Origin: Chloroflexota bacterium
GTDB taxonomy: Bacteria; Chloroflexota; UBA11872; VXOZ01
Direction of reading: 5' to 3'
Assembly: GCA_964291655.2 (NCBI GenBank)
Contig: OZ219802.1
Span: 256,001 to 320,000, forward strand
DNA: 64,000 nt
The notes below the pieces were generated by a model. That model had not been told where the DNA came from. It saw only the letters and a list, made by a program, of their open reading frames with translations, and did not search any database. Position numbers and translations under genes: made by a program. Below, in pieces: positions 9,808 through 18,370 of this stretch. How positions within the stretch are numbered: the stretch's first letter is position 1; every line of letters starts with the position of its first letter.

Positions 9808-10629
9808 CTAAAGAATGCCAAGAATGCGGGCCATGTTGCCATAGAACACCTGGTCTTTGTCCAGCGAATCCGCGCCGAGGCGGTCCAAGAACGCATCGTA
9901 AGCGGTGACAACGTCCGGAATCTCCGGTGCCGTTACATCGGAGCCGAACACCAGCTTGTGGGTAATCCCTGCGCCAGCCACCGCGTTGTACATCATCTCG
10001 TGCACGACTTTGCGATTGCCGTAGCGAATAGTGATCGGCCCGCTGAGGTCCCAATAGACGTTCTCATTCCAACGGGCTACCCACGCGGCTTCAGCAAATG
10101 AAGGTGAGCCAAGGTGCGCCCCAATGAGCGTGAGCTTCGGAAACGCCCGCGCAATCGGATCAAGCATCCAGGGCATCATGCGGGCGGTGCTCACATCCTC
10201 TGACCGCGATCCGCTGCCCGGTGCGCGGAAAAGCTGCCCCGTGTGAAAGAGAATTGGCATATTGCGGGCTTCCGCCCGCTCGTAGAGCGGATAGTACGAC
10301 TTACTGTCGTAGTTTTCCAATGGGCGAATCGTCTTGAGGCCACGAAACCCCATGTCGCCAAGCTCATCGACAATGGTCGGTTCATCAACTCCAAGGCGAA
10401 TATAGCCAAAACCTATGATTAAGTCGGGTTGGTCTTTGATGAGTTTCGCTACAGCATCATGTACGGGCGGATCGCCGGTGGAAAGCAAACACAGCCGCCG
10501 GCAGCCAAGCGCGCGCTCCATGCTGAGAAGATCATCGAGCTGGCGCTCGATGGGAACTTGCGAACCCGTCGGATCGAAGGCCGTCTGCGGATAGTGGACG
10601 TGTGCGTCGATGAAACGTCGGTACGCCAT
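9808..10629 (-). CDS. Amidohydrolase_2 family protein
   Basis: IDAHVH, ILFHTG, GAHLG, VFGSD, 'NMARIL'. Confidence 0.85.
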   Translation of the reverse strand: MAYRRFIDAHVHYPQTAFDPTGSQVPIERQLDDLLSMERALGCRRLCLLSTGDPPVHDAVAKLIKDQPDLIIGFGYIRLGVDEPTIVDELGDMGFRGLKTIRPLENYDSKSYYPLYERAEARNMPILFHTGQLFRAPGSGSRSEDVSTARMMPWMLDPIARAFPKLTLIGAHLGSPSFAEAAWVARWNENVYWDLSGPITIRYGNRKVVHEMMYNAVAGAGITHKLVFGSDVTAPEIPDVVTAYDAFLDRLGADSLDKDQVFYGNMARILGIL

Positions 10630-10643
10630 TGCGGAGTCTCCTG

Positions 10644-11522
10644 CTACACACCGAGAGTTTCACGAATACACTGGCGGCTCAAGACGGCATCTTCCTTAAC
10701 CGAGCGATGGGCTTCCATGCCATGCCCTGGCTCGATCTCGACCACCACCCAGCCGCCGTAATCCGAACTCCTGAGCGATCCGGCTACGGCATGCCAATCG
10801 ATAGCGCCGTCTCCGATTGCCTCCACGAGCACGCCGTCGGGCCGGCAGTCCTTGTAATGCACGTACCCGATGCGGGTGCGAAACGAGTCAATGAAGCTTA
10901 CTGCGTCAGCCGTGCCGATAACGCGCGCGGCATTGGCAATGTCGTACGCCAAGCTGATATGCCCAGGATCAAGCTCGAGAATGCGGCGCATTTCACGGAA
11001 CTCGTCTTCCAACTCTGGCCCGTGGGTATGATGGAAGCAGTGTGCGCCGTGGTCGGCAAAAAGGGCACACGCGTCTTGGAGTTGCTTGTTTTGCACCGCC
11101 AATTCCTCATCAGTTTTGGCCCCGCCCTTCTTTGCGGCCGGGCTAATCAAGACGGTGCTGCAGCCGATAGCCTGGGCAAAAGCGGCAATGATCTGCAGAT
11201 TGGGTAACGTTTGCTCGCTGGCAACGTCGTCCGCATAGAAGACGCCGCCCGTATGCAGCGCCGCCAAAGTCAGACCGTGGTCGGCGATGAGCGCGCCGAC
11301 CTCCGCCGGATCGGGCATGGTGGTAGTTTCGCTGTCGCCAGCTGGTGGCGCGCCGCCGGGACGCAGGGCGTTAAACCTGCCACCGGCGAGAAAATGATAG
11401 CCGATTTCCACACCGCCATAGCCGGCTGCCGCTATCTGTTGCAGTACGGTGTCGAGGTTTTCCGCAATCGGAAACTCGCGGAGCCAGGCATTGGCCTGAA
11501 TGCCTATCTGTATCTCGGCCAT
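10644..11522 (-). CDS. Sugar phosphate isomerase/epimerase (IolE/xylose isomerase-like TIM barrel)
   Basis: 'AGYGGVEI', HHTH, 'YVHYKD', 'IGDGAIDW', 'GWVVVEIE'. Confidence 0.85.
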   Translation of the reverse strand: MAEIQIGIQANAWLREFPIAENLDTVLQQIAAAGYGGVEIGYHFLAGGRFNALRPGGAPPAGDSETTTMPDPAEVGALIADHGLTLAALHTGGVFYADDVASEQTLPNLQIIAAFAQAIGCSTVLISPAAKKGGAKTDEELAVQNKQLQDACALFADHGAHCFHHTHGPELEDEFREMRRILELDPGHISLAYDIANAARVIGTADAVSFIDSFRTRIGYVHYKDCRPDGVLVEAIGDGAIDWHAVAGSLRSSDYGGWVVVEIEPGHGMEAHRSVKEDAVLSRQCIRETLGV

Positions 11523-11778
11523 TGAATCACCTCTCCCATCGCAGCGGACGATTAGACCATAAACACTCTCATGCCTGTACTCCGCCCGCGTCGGAGCAGG
11601 GAACCGGAGGAAAGGCCGCGCGCAAATGTAAACAACCTCGCGGGGTCAACGGACCCATTGGTGGCTGCAAGAATCTTCAGCTTGTGCCCAAGTCCGGTTT
11701 CCGATCTGTTGAACTGAAGAAAACGTTGGCCGGCTGCGTTACATGAACTCTCCACAAGCGAGATTGCACGCCCAACTA

Positions 11779-11807
11779 TTGCATTGAGTGTTCAACGGCC
11801 CTAGGAT
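11779..11807 (+). promoter_or_regulatory. Sigma70-like promoter for the sulfatase-like gene
   Basis: TTGCAT-17 bp-TAGGAT. Confidence 0.45.
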
Positions 11808-11926
11808 ACCATGAATTACGATAGCTATCAGTTGGGGCAATGCTCCTTGTGCATGACATGCGCAGGCGGGCACTGTGTTCGTACAGCCGCTCGCACACAG
11901 TCCATAAATCCAATGGGGAACAGCTC

Positions 11927-13285
11927 ATGAATGTCATTCTCATCGTCTCCGACACGTTTCGTTACGACCACATTGGCGCCAATGGCAATCCGGTGATTCG
12001 TACGCCGCACCTCGACGCCTTCGCCGCGCAGTGCGTCAATTTCGACAACGCCTATGTGGGTTCATTCCCGACTGTGCCGCACCGCACAGACCTGCTCACT
12101 GGACATTATGTCTATCAGAATCGGGGTTGGGCGCCCCTGCCGCCAGGGGAGGAAACATTAGCCCCCCTGCTCGGTAAGGAGGGTTATGTCAATCAAATGG
12201 TGGTCGATCACGTGCAACTCTTTGCCCCCGGCATGAACTTCCATCGCGGATTCCACGGCTGGCAGGCGATACGCGGCCAGGCTGGAGAGCCGTATGTCAC
12301 TGATCCGGTGCCGGTCGAACTGCCGTGTGCGCCCGAGAAGATTCGCATGCCTGAGGCGGCGGTGCGCTACATGAAAAACGTCTACTACCGGACGCACGAG
12401 CGCGATCACTTCGTGGCGCAGACGTTTTCCCAGGCAGCGGACTGGCTGGAACGCAACTACACCCACGAGAAATTCTTCCTCTACATCGATACCTTCACGC
12501 CGCACGAGCCGTGGGATCCGCCGCAGCACTACACGGACATGTACGATCCCGGTTACGTAGGCGAGAAGATCTTCTGGCCGCGGTATGACCGCTGCGACTA
12601 TCTGACTGAGCCGGAACTACGGCACGCCCGCGCGCTCTATGCCGGTTCTGTCTCGCTGGTGGATACGTGGTTTGGCCACTTCATCGAGCGGGTCAAGCAC
12701 CTGGACCTGTGGGACGACACCATGATCGTCTTCAACGCCGACCACGGCTTCTACATCGGTGAGCACGGCTACATCGGCAAGCATACCGTGCTTGAACCGA
12801 AGCAAGGCTGGCCCATGTACCGCGAAGTTTCCCGTGTGCCGCTGCTCGTACACGTGCCGGGCGTGGCGCCGCGCCGTACCGATGCCCTGGTGCAGGCAAT
12901 TGACGTGATGCCAACGGTGTTGGACCTGGCCGGAGCGCCGGTGCCGGGCGGCCTCCACAGTCGTTCACTGTTGCCCGTGTTACGCGGCGAAACCGACTCG
13001 CACCGCGATGCTGCTATCAGTTCACCGCTGCTACCCAAAGCAGAAGACGCGCTGGTCTACAGCACGGTCAATGATGGCGAATGGACGCTCATGGATCCCG
13101 GCAAGCGCGGTATCGGGGGAGCGGAACTCTACAACCTGGCAGCCGATCCAGGCGAGGAACAGAACGTGATTGCCGACCATCCGGACGTTGCCCAACGGCT
13201 GCACGAGCGCTACATGAGAGAACTGGCAGCTTTGGACACGGAGGAAGACAGGGTAGCATTGCGCCGCTGGCCGAGTGACTGTTAA
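11927..13285 (+). CDS. Sulfatase-like alkaline phosphatase superfamily hydrolase (Thr at nucleophile site)
   Basis: 'NVILIVSDTFRYD', 'TPHLD', 'PTVPHRTDLLTG', 'PHEPWDPP', 'ADHG', 'ELYNLAADPGE'. Confidence 0.85.
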   Translation: MNVILIVSDTFRYDHIGANGNPVIRTPHLDAFAAQCVNFDNAYVGSFPTVPHRTDLLTGHYVYQNRGWAPLPPGEETLAPLLGKEGYVNQMVVDHVQLFAPGMNFHRGFHGWQAIRGQAGEPYVTDPVPVELPCAPEKIRMPEAAVRYMKNVYYRTHERDHFVAQTFSQAADWLERNYTHEKFFLYIDTFTPHEPWDPPQHYTDMYDPGYVGEKIFWPRYDRCDYLTEPELRHARALYAGSVSLVDTWFGHFIERVKHLDLWDDTMIVFNADHGFYIGEHGYIGKHTVLEPKQGWPMYREVSRVPLLVHVPGVAPRRTDALVQAIDVMPTVLDLAGAPVPGGLHSRSLLPVLRGETDSHRDAAISSPLLPKAEDALVYSTVNDGEWTLMDPGKRGIGGAELYNLAADPGEEQNVIADHPDVAQRLHERYMRELAALDTEEDRVALRRWPSDC

Positions 13286-13302
13286 GCAAGGAAGGAGAGA
13301 GG

Positions 13303-13465
13303 ATGGATTCCCCGCCCCCGCACGGGCGAACTTTCGCGGGAATGACGGACAAAGGTGTGCAAGAATGACGGGCGGGGCAGCGCGAGAGTAACAGGCGGAG
13401 TCGCGCGGGAATGACGTTAACGGATGCGCGTCTTTCCGTCACTCCGGCGAAAGCCGGAGTCTAGG
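13303..13465. repeat. REP/dRS3-like elements with four tandem 23-bp units
   Basis: GGATTCCC...CGCGGGAATGACG; arm iterated at 13334, 13357, 13380, 13403; partner GTCACTCCGGCGAAAGCCGGAGTCTAG. Confidence 0.7.
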
Positions 13466-13478
13466 GTTGGCGCGGGAT

Positions 13479-13748
13479 TGTAAATATCAGGAAATTCGCT
13501 GACAGATTTGAGAACAAAAGCAACCTTTCGCAGTGCTAGACATGACTAATACACATGTCATTCCGAACGAAGCGCAGCGAAGAGTCGCTCTTAGCGCGGA
13601 ATCTAGTGTGCTGAAGTCGTTAAAGTGCGTTGAGCAGGGACCCTAGATTCCGCGAACAGGGTTCGACGCTCCGCTCGGAATGACATTCACCGTCAACTCC
13701 TCAGAATTGAGAGCGGATTCTGTCAACGAATTATACTCAACACTTACA
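13479..13748. mobile_element. MITE-like element enclosing a REP doublet
   Basis: Terminal inverted repeats TGTAA..AATTCGCTGACAGA / TCTGTCAACGAATT..TTACA (13/14 core match); inner inverted pair TGTCATTCCGAACG..GCGGAATCTAG / CTAGATTCCGCG..CTCGGAATGACA. Confidence 0.5.
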
Positions 13749-13867
13749 GGAATTACAGTCCACTAATCGTTGAAATCCGCTTGGTACTAGGGGGAACGCT
13801 TGGCCGGCCGCCGGTCGCCGCCACTGTGAGTTCAAGCAATCGACCCACATGACATTTGCCACCAAAA

Positions 13868-15151
13868 CTATCCGATTGGGGCAATCCGCTCCATGCCGCC
13901 CAGGTAGGGCCGAAGTACCTCGGGGATGATCACGCTGCCATCGGGCTGCTGGTTGTTTTCCAGAACTGCAGCGTAGAGGCGAGCGGAAAAGGCCAAGCCG
14001 GAGCCGTTGAGCGTGTGCACGAATTCGGGCCGTGCCTGCGCGCTAGGGCGATAGCGCACGTTGATGCGGCGGGCTTGAAAGTCCTCGAAATTCGAGCACG
14101 AAGAGACTTCCTGCCACTTCTCGATGCCCGGGCACCAGACCTCCAGGTCGTAGCATTTTGTCGCAGCAAAGCCAAGCTCGCCGCCGCACAGTTCCAATAC
14201 GCGATACGGCAGTTCGAGCTGCTGCAAGACTGCCTCGGCGTCGGCTCGGAGCGTCTCCAGTTCGTCGTAGGAGGTCTCCGGCGCGACGAACTTTACCATC
14301 TCGACTTTTTCGAATTGATGCAAACGTAGCAGACCGCGCGTATCCTTGCCCGCAGCGCCTGCTTCCCGTCGAAAACAGGGCGTGTACGCGGTGTACTTAA
14401 GGGGCAGTTGCGCGGCGTCGAGGATCTCATCGCGGTGAATGTTCGTCACCGGCACCTCAGCCGTGGGCACGAGGAAGAGATCATCGGGATCGGTACGGTA
14501 CATATCGTCTTCGAACTTGGGAAGCTGACCGGTGCCCGTCATCACCTCGCGCCGCACCACAAACGGCGGCCAGACTTCCTCGTACCCGTGCTTCTGGACG
14601 TGTAAGTCCAACATCCAATTCGCCAGCGACCGCAATAAGCGCGATCCATCACCCTTGAAGAGCGGGAATTGCGCCCCTGCAATCTTTGCGCCTCGCGGAA
14701 AATCGAGAATATCCAATGCCGCGCCGATGTCCCAATGAGCCTTGGGTTCAAAGCCAAACTGCGGCCGGTCGCCCCACTCCGCATGCACGAAGTTCTCTTC
14801 TTCCGTTGTCCCGGAAGGCACACTGCTGTGCGGAACATTAGGAATCTCAAGAATCGATGCCGAAATGCGCTCTTCGATTTCCGCCACGTCGTTATCGAGA
14901 CTCTTGATCCGCTGGCCGACTGCGCGCATTTGCTCTCTCAGAGCACTCATTGCTTCTCTATCCTTGGCGGCGCCGATAGTCTTGGATGTCCGATTACGCT
15001 CGGCCTTCAATGATTCGCTCTCCTGGAGCAATGCACGGCGCTCGCCATCCCATGCCACAAGCTGATCGATGACGCTGGGATCTTCACCGCGCCGCGCAAG
15101 GCCGGACTTCACATCTTCTGTCTGCTCACGAATGCGGCGAATGTTCAGCAT
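13868..15151 (-). CDS. serS: Seryl-tRNA synthetase
   Basis: 'PTAEVP', '[15 protein letters not shown]', 'HQFEKVE', 'EVSSCSN', 'HTLNGSGLA'; TGATG overlap with lysS stop. Confidence 0.98.
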   Translation of the reverse strand: MLNIRRIREQTEDVKSGLARRGEDPSVIDQLVAWDGERRALLQESESLKAERNRTSKTIGAAKDREAMSALREQMRAVGQRIKSLDNDVAEIEERISASILEIPNVPHSSVPSGTTEEENFVHAEWGDRPQFGFEPKAHWDIGAALDILDFPRGAKIAGAQFPLFKGDGSRLLRSLANWMLDLHVQKHGYEEVWPPFVVRREVMTGTGQLPKFEDDMYRTDPDDLFLVPTAEVPVTNIHRDEILDAAQLPLKYTAYTPCFRREAGAAGKDTRGLLRLHQFEKVEMVKFVAPETSYDELETLRADAEAVLQQLELPYRVLELCGGELGFAATKCYDLEVWCPGIEKWQEVSSCSNFEDFQARRINVRYRPSAQARPEFVHTLNGSGLAFSARLYAAVLENNQQPDGSVIIPEVLRPYLGGMERIAPIG

Positions 15152-16662
15152 CACTCAGCCTCCTGGGTGCGGACAGGTGGAAAGAGTATGACATCACGAA
15201 TCGAGGCGCTGTTCGTAAAGAGCATGGCCATGCGGTCGATGCCGATACCAATGCCGCCGGTTGGGGGCATGCCGTACTCCAACGCCGTGAGAAAGTCTTC
15301 ATCGAGGGGCTGCGCCTCTTCATCCCCGGCTGCGCGCTCCTTCACTTGCTCTTCAAGTCGCTGGCGTTGGTCAAGGGGATCATTGAGTTCGCTGAAGGCA
15401 TTGGCAATTTCCAGGCCGCCTACAAACGCCTCGAATCGTTCGACAAGGCGGGGATCGTCTTCTCTGCGCTTGGCCAGCGGCGAAAGCGCTACGGGATAAT
15501 CCAGCAGCAAGGTTGGCTGCATGAGTGTTGGCTCCACACATTCGGCCAAGAGTTCATCTACAAGTGTAGACCACGTAATGCGCTCCGGCACGCCGATGCC
15601 GCGTGATTGTACCTGCGCAAGCAGCGCATCGGTGTCAGGGTACGCGTAAATGTCGATGCCGGTTGCGGACTCGATGGCCTCATGCAGTTTGATGCGCTGC
15701 CACGGCCGCGTAAAGTCCAGTGTTTCATTACCGTATGGCATCTGTGGCGAACCATGGACGGCCAGGGCAACTCGGTAGTAGAGCTCTTCAAGGAGTGACA
15801 TCATGTCGGAATAGTCGGCATATGCCTGGTACGCTTCCAACATGGTGAACTCGGGGTTGTGGTCGCGGTCCATGCCCTCATTGCGAAACGTGCGGCCAAT
15901 TTCATAGACGCGCTCGAATCCGCCTATGAGGCAGCGCTTGAGATAAAGCTCCGTGGCGATTCGCAGGTAGAAGTCCTGGTCGAGGGCGTTGTGGTGCGTG
16001 ATGAACGGGCGGGCAAAAGCGCCGCCGTAGAGCGGCTGGAGCACCGGAGTCTCTACTTCCAGGTAGTCGCGCGCGTCAAAGAATGCGCGCACCTCCCGCA
16101 CCACGTGGCTGCGCTGCTTGAACGTGTGCCGCACTTCAGGATTGGCGGCCAGGTCCAAATAGCGCTGGCGCAGGCGTGTCTCAGTATCCCGTAGACCATG
16201 ATACTTTTCCGGTGGGTTTTGCAGTGCCTTGGCAAGCATGACGATGCGGTGGACCTCTAGGGTCGCCTCGCCGGTGCGGGTGCGGAACAGCACGCCTTCT
16301 GCGCCGATAATGTCGCCGAGGTCATACTGGTCTACGACCGTCGCATAAGACTCATCGCCAAGGATGTTGAGGCGGAGATAGAGCTGGATGCTGCCGGAAG
16401 CGTCGTTGATGTGAGCAAACGCCGCCTTACCCATCTTGCGCACCGTATGGATGCGACCCGCGAGGCGAACAGTCTCCTTTGCTGTAGAGAGCGATTCAAA
16501 GGAGTCGAGTGCAGCGTGCGCCGTGTGGGTGCGATGAAAGCGCAGGGGATACGGATCAATGCCCTTTTCGCGCAAGGCATTGAGCTTGCGGAGGCGGAAG
16601 TCAACTGGCGACTGGCGTGAGCGATCCGCGTCTTTAACGAAGTCTGACGATTCCGTAGCTAT
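15151..16662 (-). CDS. lysS: Lysyl-tRNA synthetase class II; start uncertain (ATA 16662/ACG 16656, first canonical TTG 16575)
   Basis: 'RQRYLDL', '[11 protein letters not shown]', 'FRNEG', 'HNPEFTMLE', '[15 protein letters not shown]'. Confidence 0.95.
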   Translation of the reverse strand: MATESSDFVKDADRSRQSPVDFRLRKLNALREKGIDPYPLRFHRTHTAHAALDSFESLSTAKETVRLAGRIHTVRKMGKAAFAHINDASGSIQLYLRLNILGDESYATVVDQYDLGDIIGAEGVLFRTRTGEATLEVHRIVMLAKALQNPPEKYHGLRDTETRLRQRYLDLAANPEVRHTFKQRSHVVREVRAFFDARDYLEVETPVLQPLYGGAFARPFITHHNALDQDFYLRIATELYLKRCLIGGFERVYEIGRTFRNEGMDRDHNPEFTMLEAYQAYADYSDMMSLLEELYYRVALAVHGSPQMPYGNETLDFTRPWQRIKLHEAIESATGIDIYAYPDTDALLAQVQSRGIGVPERITWSTLVDELLAECVEPTLMQPTLLLDYPVALSPLAKRREDDPRLVERFEAFVGGLEIANAFSELNDPLDQRQRLEEQVKERAAGDEEAQPLDEDFLTALEYGMPPTGGIGIGIDRMAMLFTNSASIRDVILFPPVRTQEAE

Positions 16663-17123
16663 TTTACCTCTTGAATCGTATAAGTCAGCGTGCCGGCGGG
16701 CACTTCGACGGTTACCCGATCACCGATACGGTGACCCATCAAGGCATGGCCTACCGGGCTCTCATTTGATATGCGGTTTTCCAGGGGATCGGATTCCGGT
16801 GCACCGACAATGGTAAATGTCTCGCTATTGCCGTCACCATCCGTGACGATGACCGTTGCTCCCAAATCAACCTCGGCACTGGCATGGTGTTCAGAGACCA
16901 CCGCATCGCGGAGAATGTGCTCGATCTCTATAATGCGGCCTTCCACGAAGGCCTGCTCTTGCTTGGCCTCGTTGTATTCGCCCATATCGGAGAGATCTCC
17001 GCCAAATTCCATCGCCTCATGGATCCGCAGGACGATTTCAGGACGTCGTACGGTCCTAAGTTGCGCTAGCTCTTGGCGAAGCTTGTCTCTGCCTTCAGGC
17101 GTCAGCATATGCTGCTCCGCCAT
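16659..17123 (-). CDS. greA: Transcription elongation factor GreA
   Basis: 'LTPEG', 'GDLSDMGEYNEAK', 'ISNESPVGHALMG', 'VPAG'; AGGAGG RBS. Confidence 0.95.
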   Translation of the reverse strand: MAEQHMLTPEGRDKLRQELAQLRTVRRPEIVLRIHEAMEFGGDLSDMGEYNEAKQEQAFVEGRIIEIEHILRDAVVSEHHASAEVDLGATVIVTDGDGNSETFTIVGAPESDPLENRISNESPVGHALMGHRIGDRVTVEVPAGTLTYTIQEVK

Positions 17124-17312
17124 GACCACACCCTCCTATAAAAGAATATGACGGAAAAGAGGCTATCCACTGGTCGCTCTTTTCCAGTCACCCCAATAAT
17201 AACAGGTTCAACTGTCGCCGGTCAACGGTCAGCCGGGCGCGGTTGGAACAAGGAAGCTTGGCTGCAGATCTCCGCCTGCCGGGACTGCTACTTGTGGTGC
17301 GCCGACGCCTTT

Positions 17313-17339
17313 TGTCACTCCGAGCGCAGCGAGGAGTCT
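17313..17339 (+). repeat. REP element (GTCAYTCCGAGCG family)
   Basis: TGTCACTCCGAGCGCAGCGAGGAGTCT, same family as the element at 13556. Confidence 0.6.
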
Positions 17340-17390
17340 AATGTTAGTCGGACACCAGTAGAAGTACCGAGCCAACAGGTGGGAGTACTT

Positions 17391-18005
17391 CCTCTCCCCT
17401 CGGAGACCTTTGCATAACCCACGCCAGCGCGAGAAAGTCCCCTCTCCCGGCGGAGAACGTTGCGAAACCCAAACGAAAGCGAGAGTGCTCCCTCTCCCTC
17501 GACGGAGACCTTTGCATAACCCCACTTTCAAGCAGGGGCACTCCCTCTCCTGGGGGAGAGGGTTGGGGTGAGGGGGCCTTTTTGCTACGATGGCCCTTTG
17601 CGTTGTGCAGTGTCAAGACGTATCAGGGCAGAATCGGTGTGCATGTGGAGAGATTTCAGGAGATTCACCCTCACCCTAGCCCTCTCCCGTCGAGGGAGAG
17701 GGAACTATTTCGCTACCGCTTGAGTTGCGCAAAGGTCTCCGGCGGGAGAGGGAGAAGTTCTTGCACCTCCGGCCGTGGTTATACCAAGGTCTCCCCATGG
17801 AGAGGGAAAGACAGATTTACTTCAGGAATTAGATACGCAATGGTCTCCGTCTAGGGAGAGTGAAGCCTCTCGCTTCCGCAAAGGCTGTGCAAGAGCTTCC
17901 TTTAAAGGAGATGGTATTTCCTTACTGCCACTAGAGTTTCGCAATGGGTTTCCGTCAAGAGAGAACAAGCTCTCTCGCTGCGGCGATGGTTGTGCCAAAG
18001 TCTCC
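17391..18005. repeat. Inverted REP doublet with two outward-running tandem arrays (3 x ~50 bp left, 6 x 52-54 bp right)
   Basis: Left units at 17391/17441/17491 CCTCTCCC-n-GGAGACCTTTGCATAACCC; full REPs 17543-17575 and 17668-17702; right units (GGTTRYGCAAAGGTCTCC-n-GGAGAGGG) with motif ends at 17740, 17794, 17848, 17900, 17953, 18005. Confidence 0.8.
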
Positions 18006-18141
18006 GCGAGCGCGCTCCGCTAGGTTTTCTCCCGTTATTCGACCCTAAAGGGCGGCGCCGGCCGGAGAATACCGCGACCCGCACCGGTACGGGCGTCGAA
18101 CGCGAGTCACTGCCCTCATGCGTCCTCATTTATTGATCTGT

Positions 18142-18243
18142 GCATTAGATGCTCCCAATACAGTCTGTATCATCATCTGATGTTCTCGCATTAGATGCTT
18201 TTCATATCGTCTGTATCTACATCAGATGGGTATACATTAGATG
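18142..18243. promoter_or_regulatory. 46-bp-period array of palindromic sites (putative operators)
   Basis: CATTAGATG at 18143/18189/18235; CATCWGATG at 18174/18220; ATACAGTCTGTAT at 18158 and variant at 18204. Confidence 0.65.
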
Positions 18244-18291
18244 TGTTCCATAATTCTTGTCCCAAAAACACTAAAAATAGCAGAAATCCTC

Positions 18292-18320
18292 TTTACAATC
18301 GTTGCTATATCATATATTGT
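18292..18320 (+). promoter_or_regulatory. Candidate sigma70 promoter of the adhesin gene
   Basis: TTTACA-17 bp-TATTGT in an AT-rich tract. Confidence 0.35.
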
Positions 18321-18370
18321 ATCTGCTTAGAGTAAGGCAAGGGCAAAGACATCCCAAGTAGCAAGGCGTA

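Noticed and set aside
17391-18005. CRISPR array
   Set aside because: Repeats are too degenerate, arranged in two opposite orientations and derived from REP arms; the 'spacers' are short and partly similar to each other; no cas genes are in the window.
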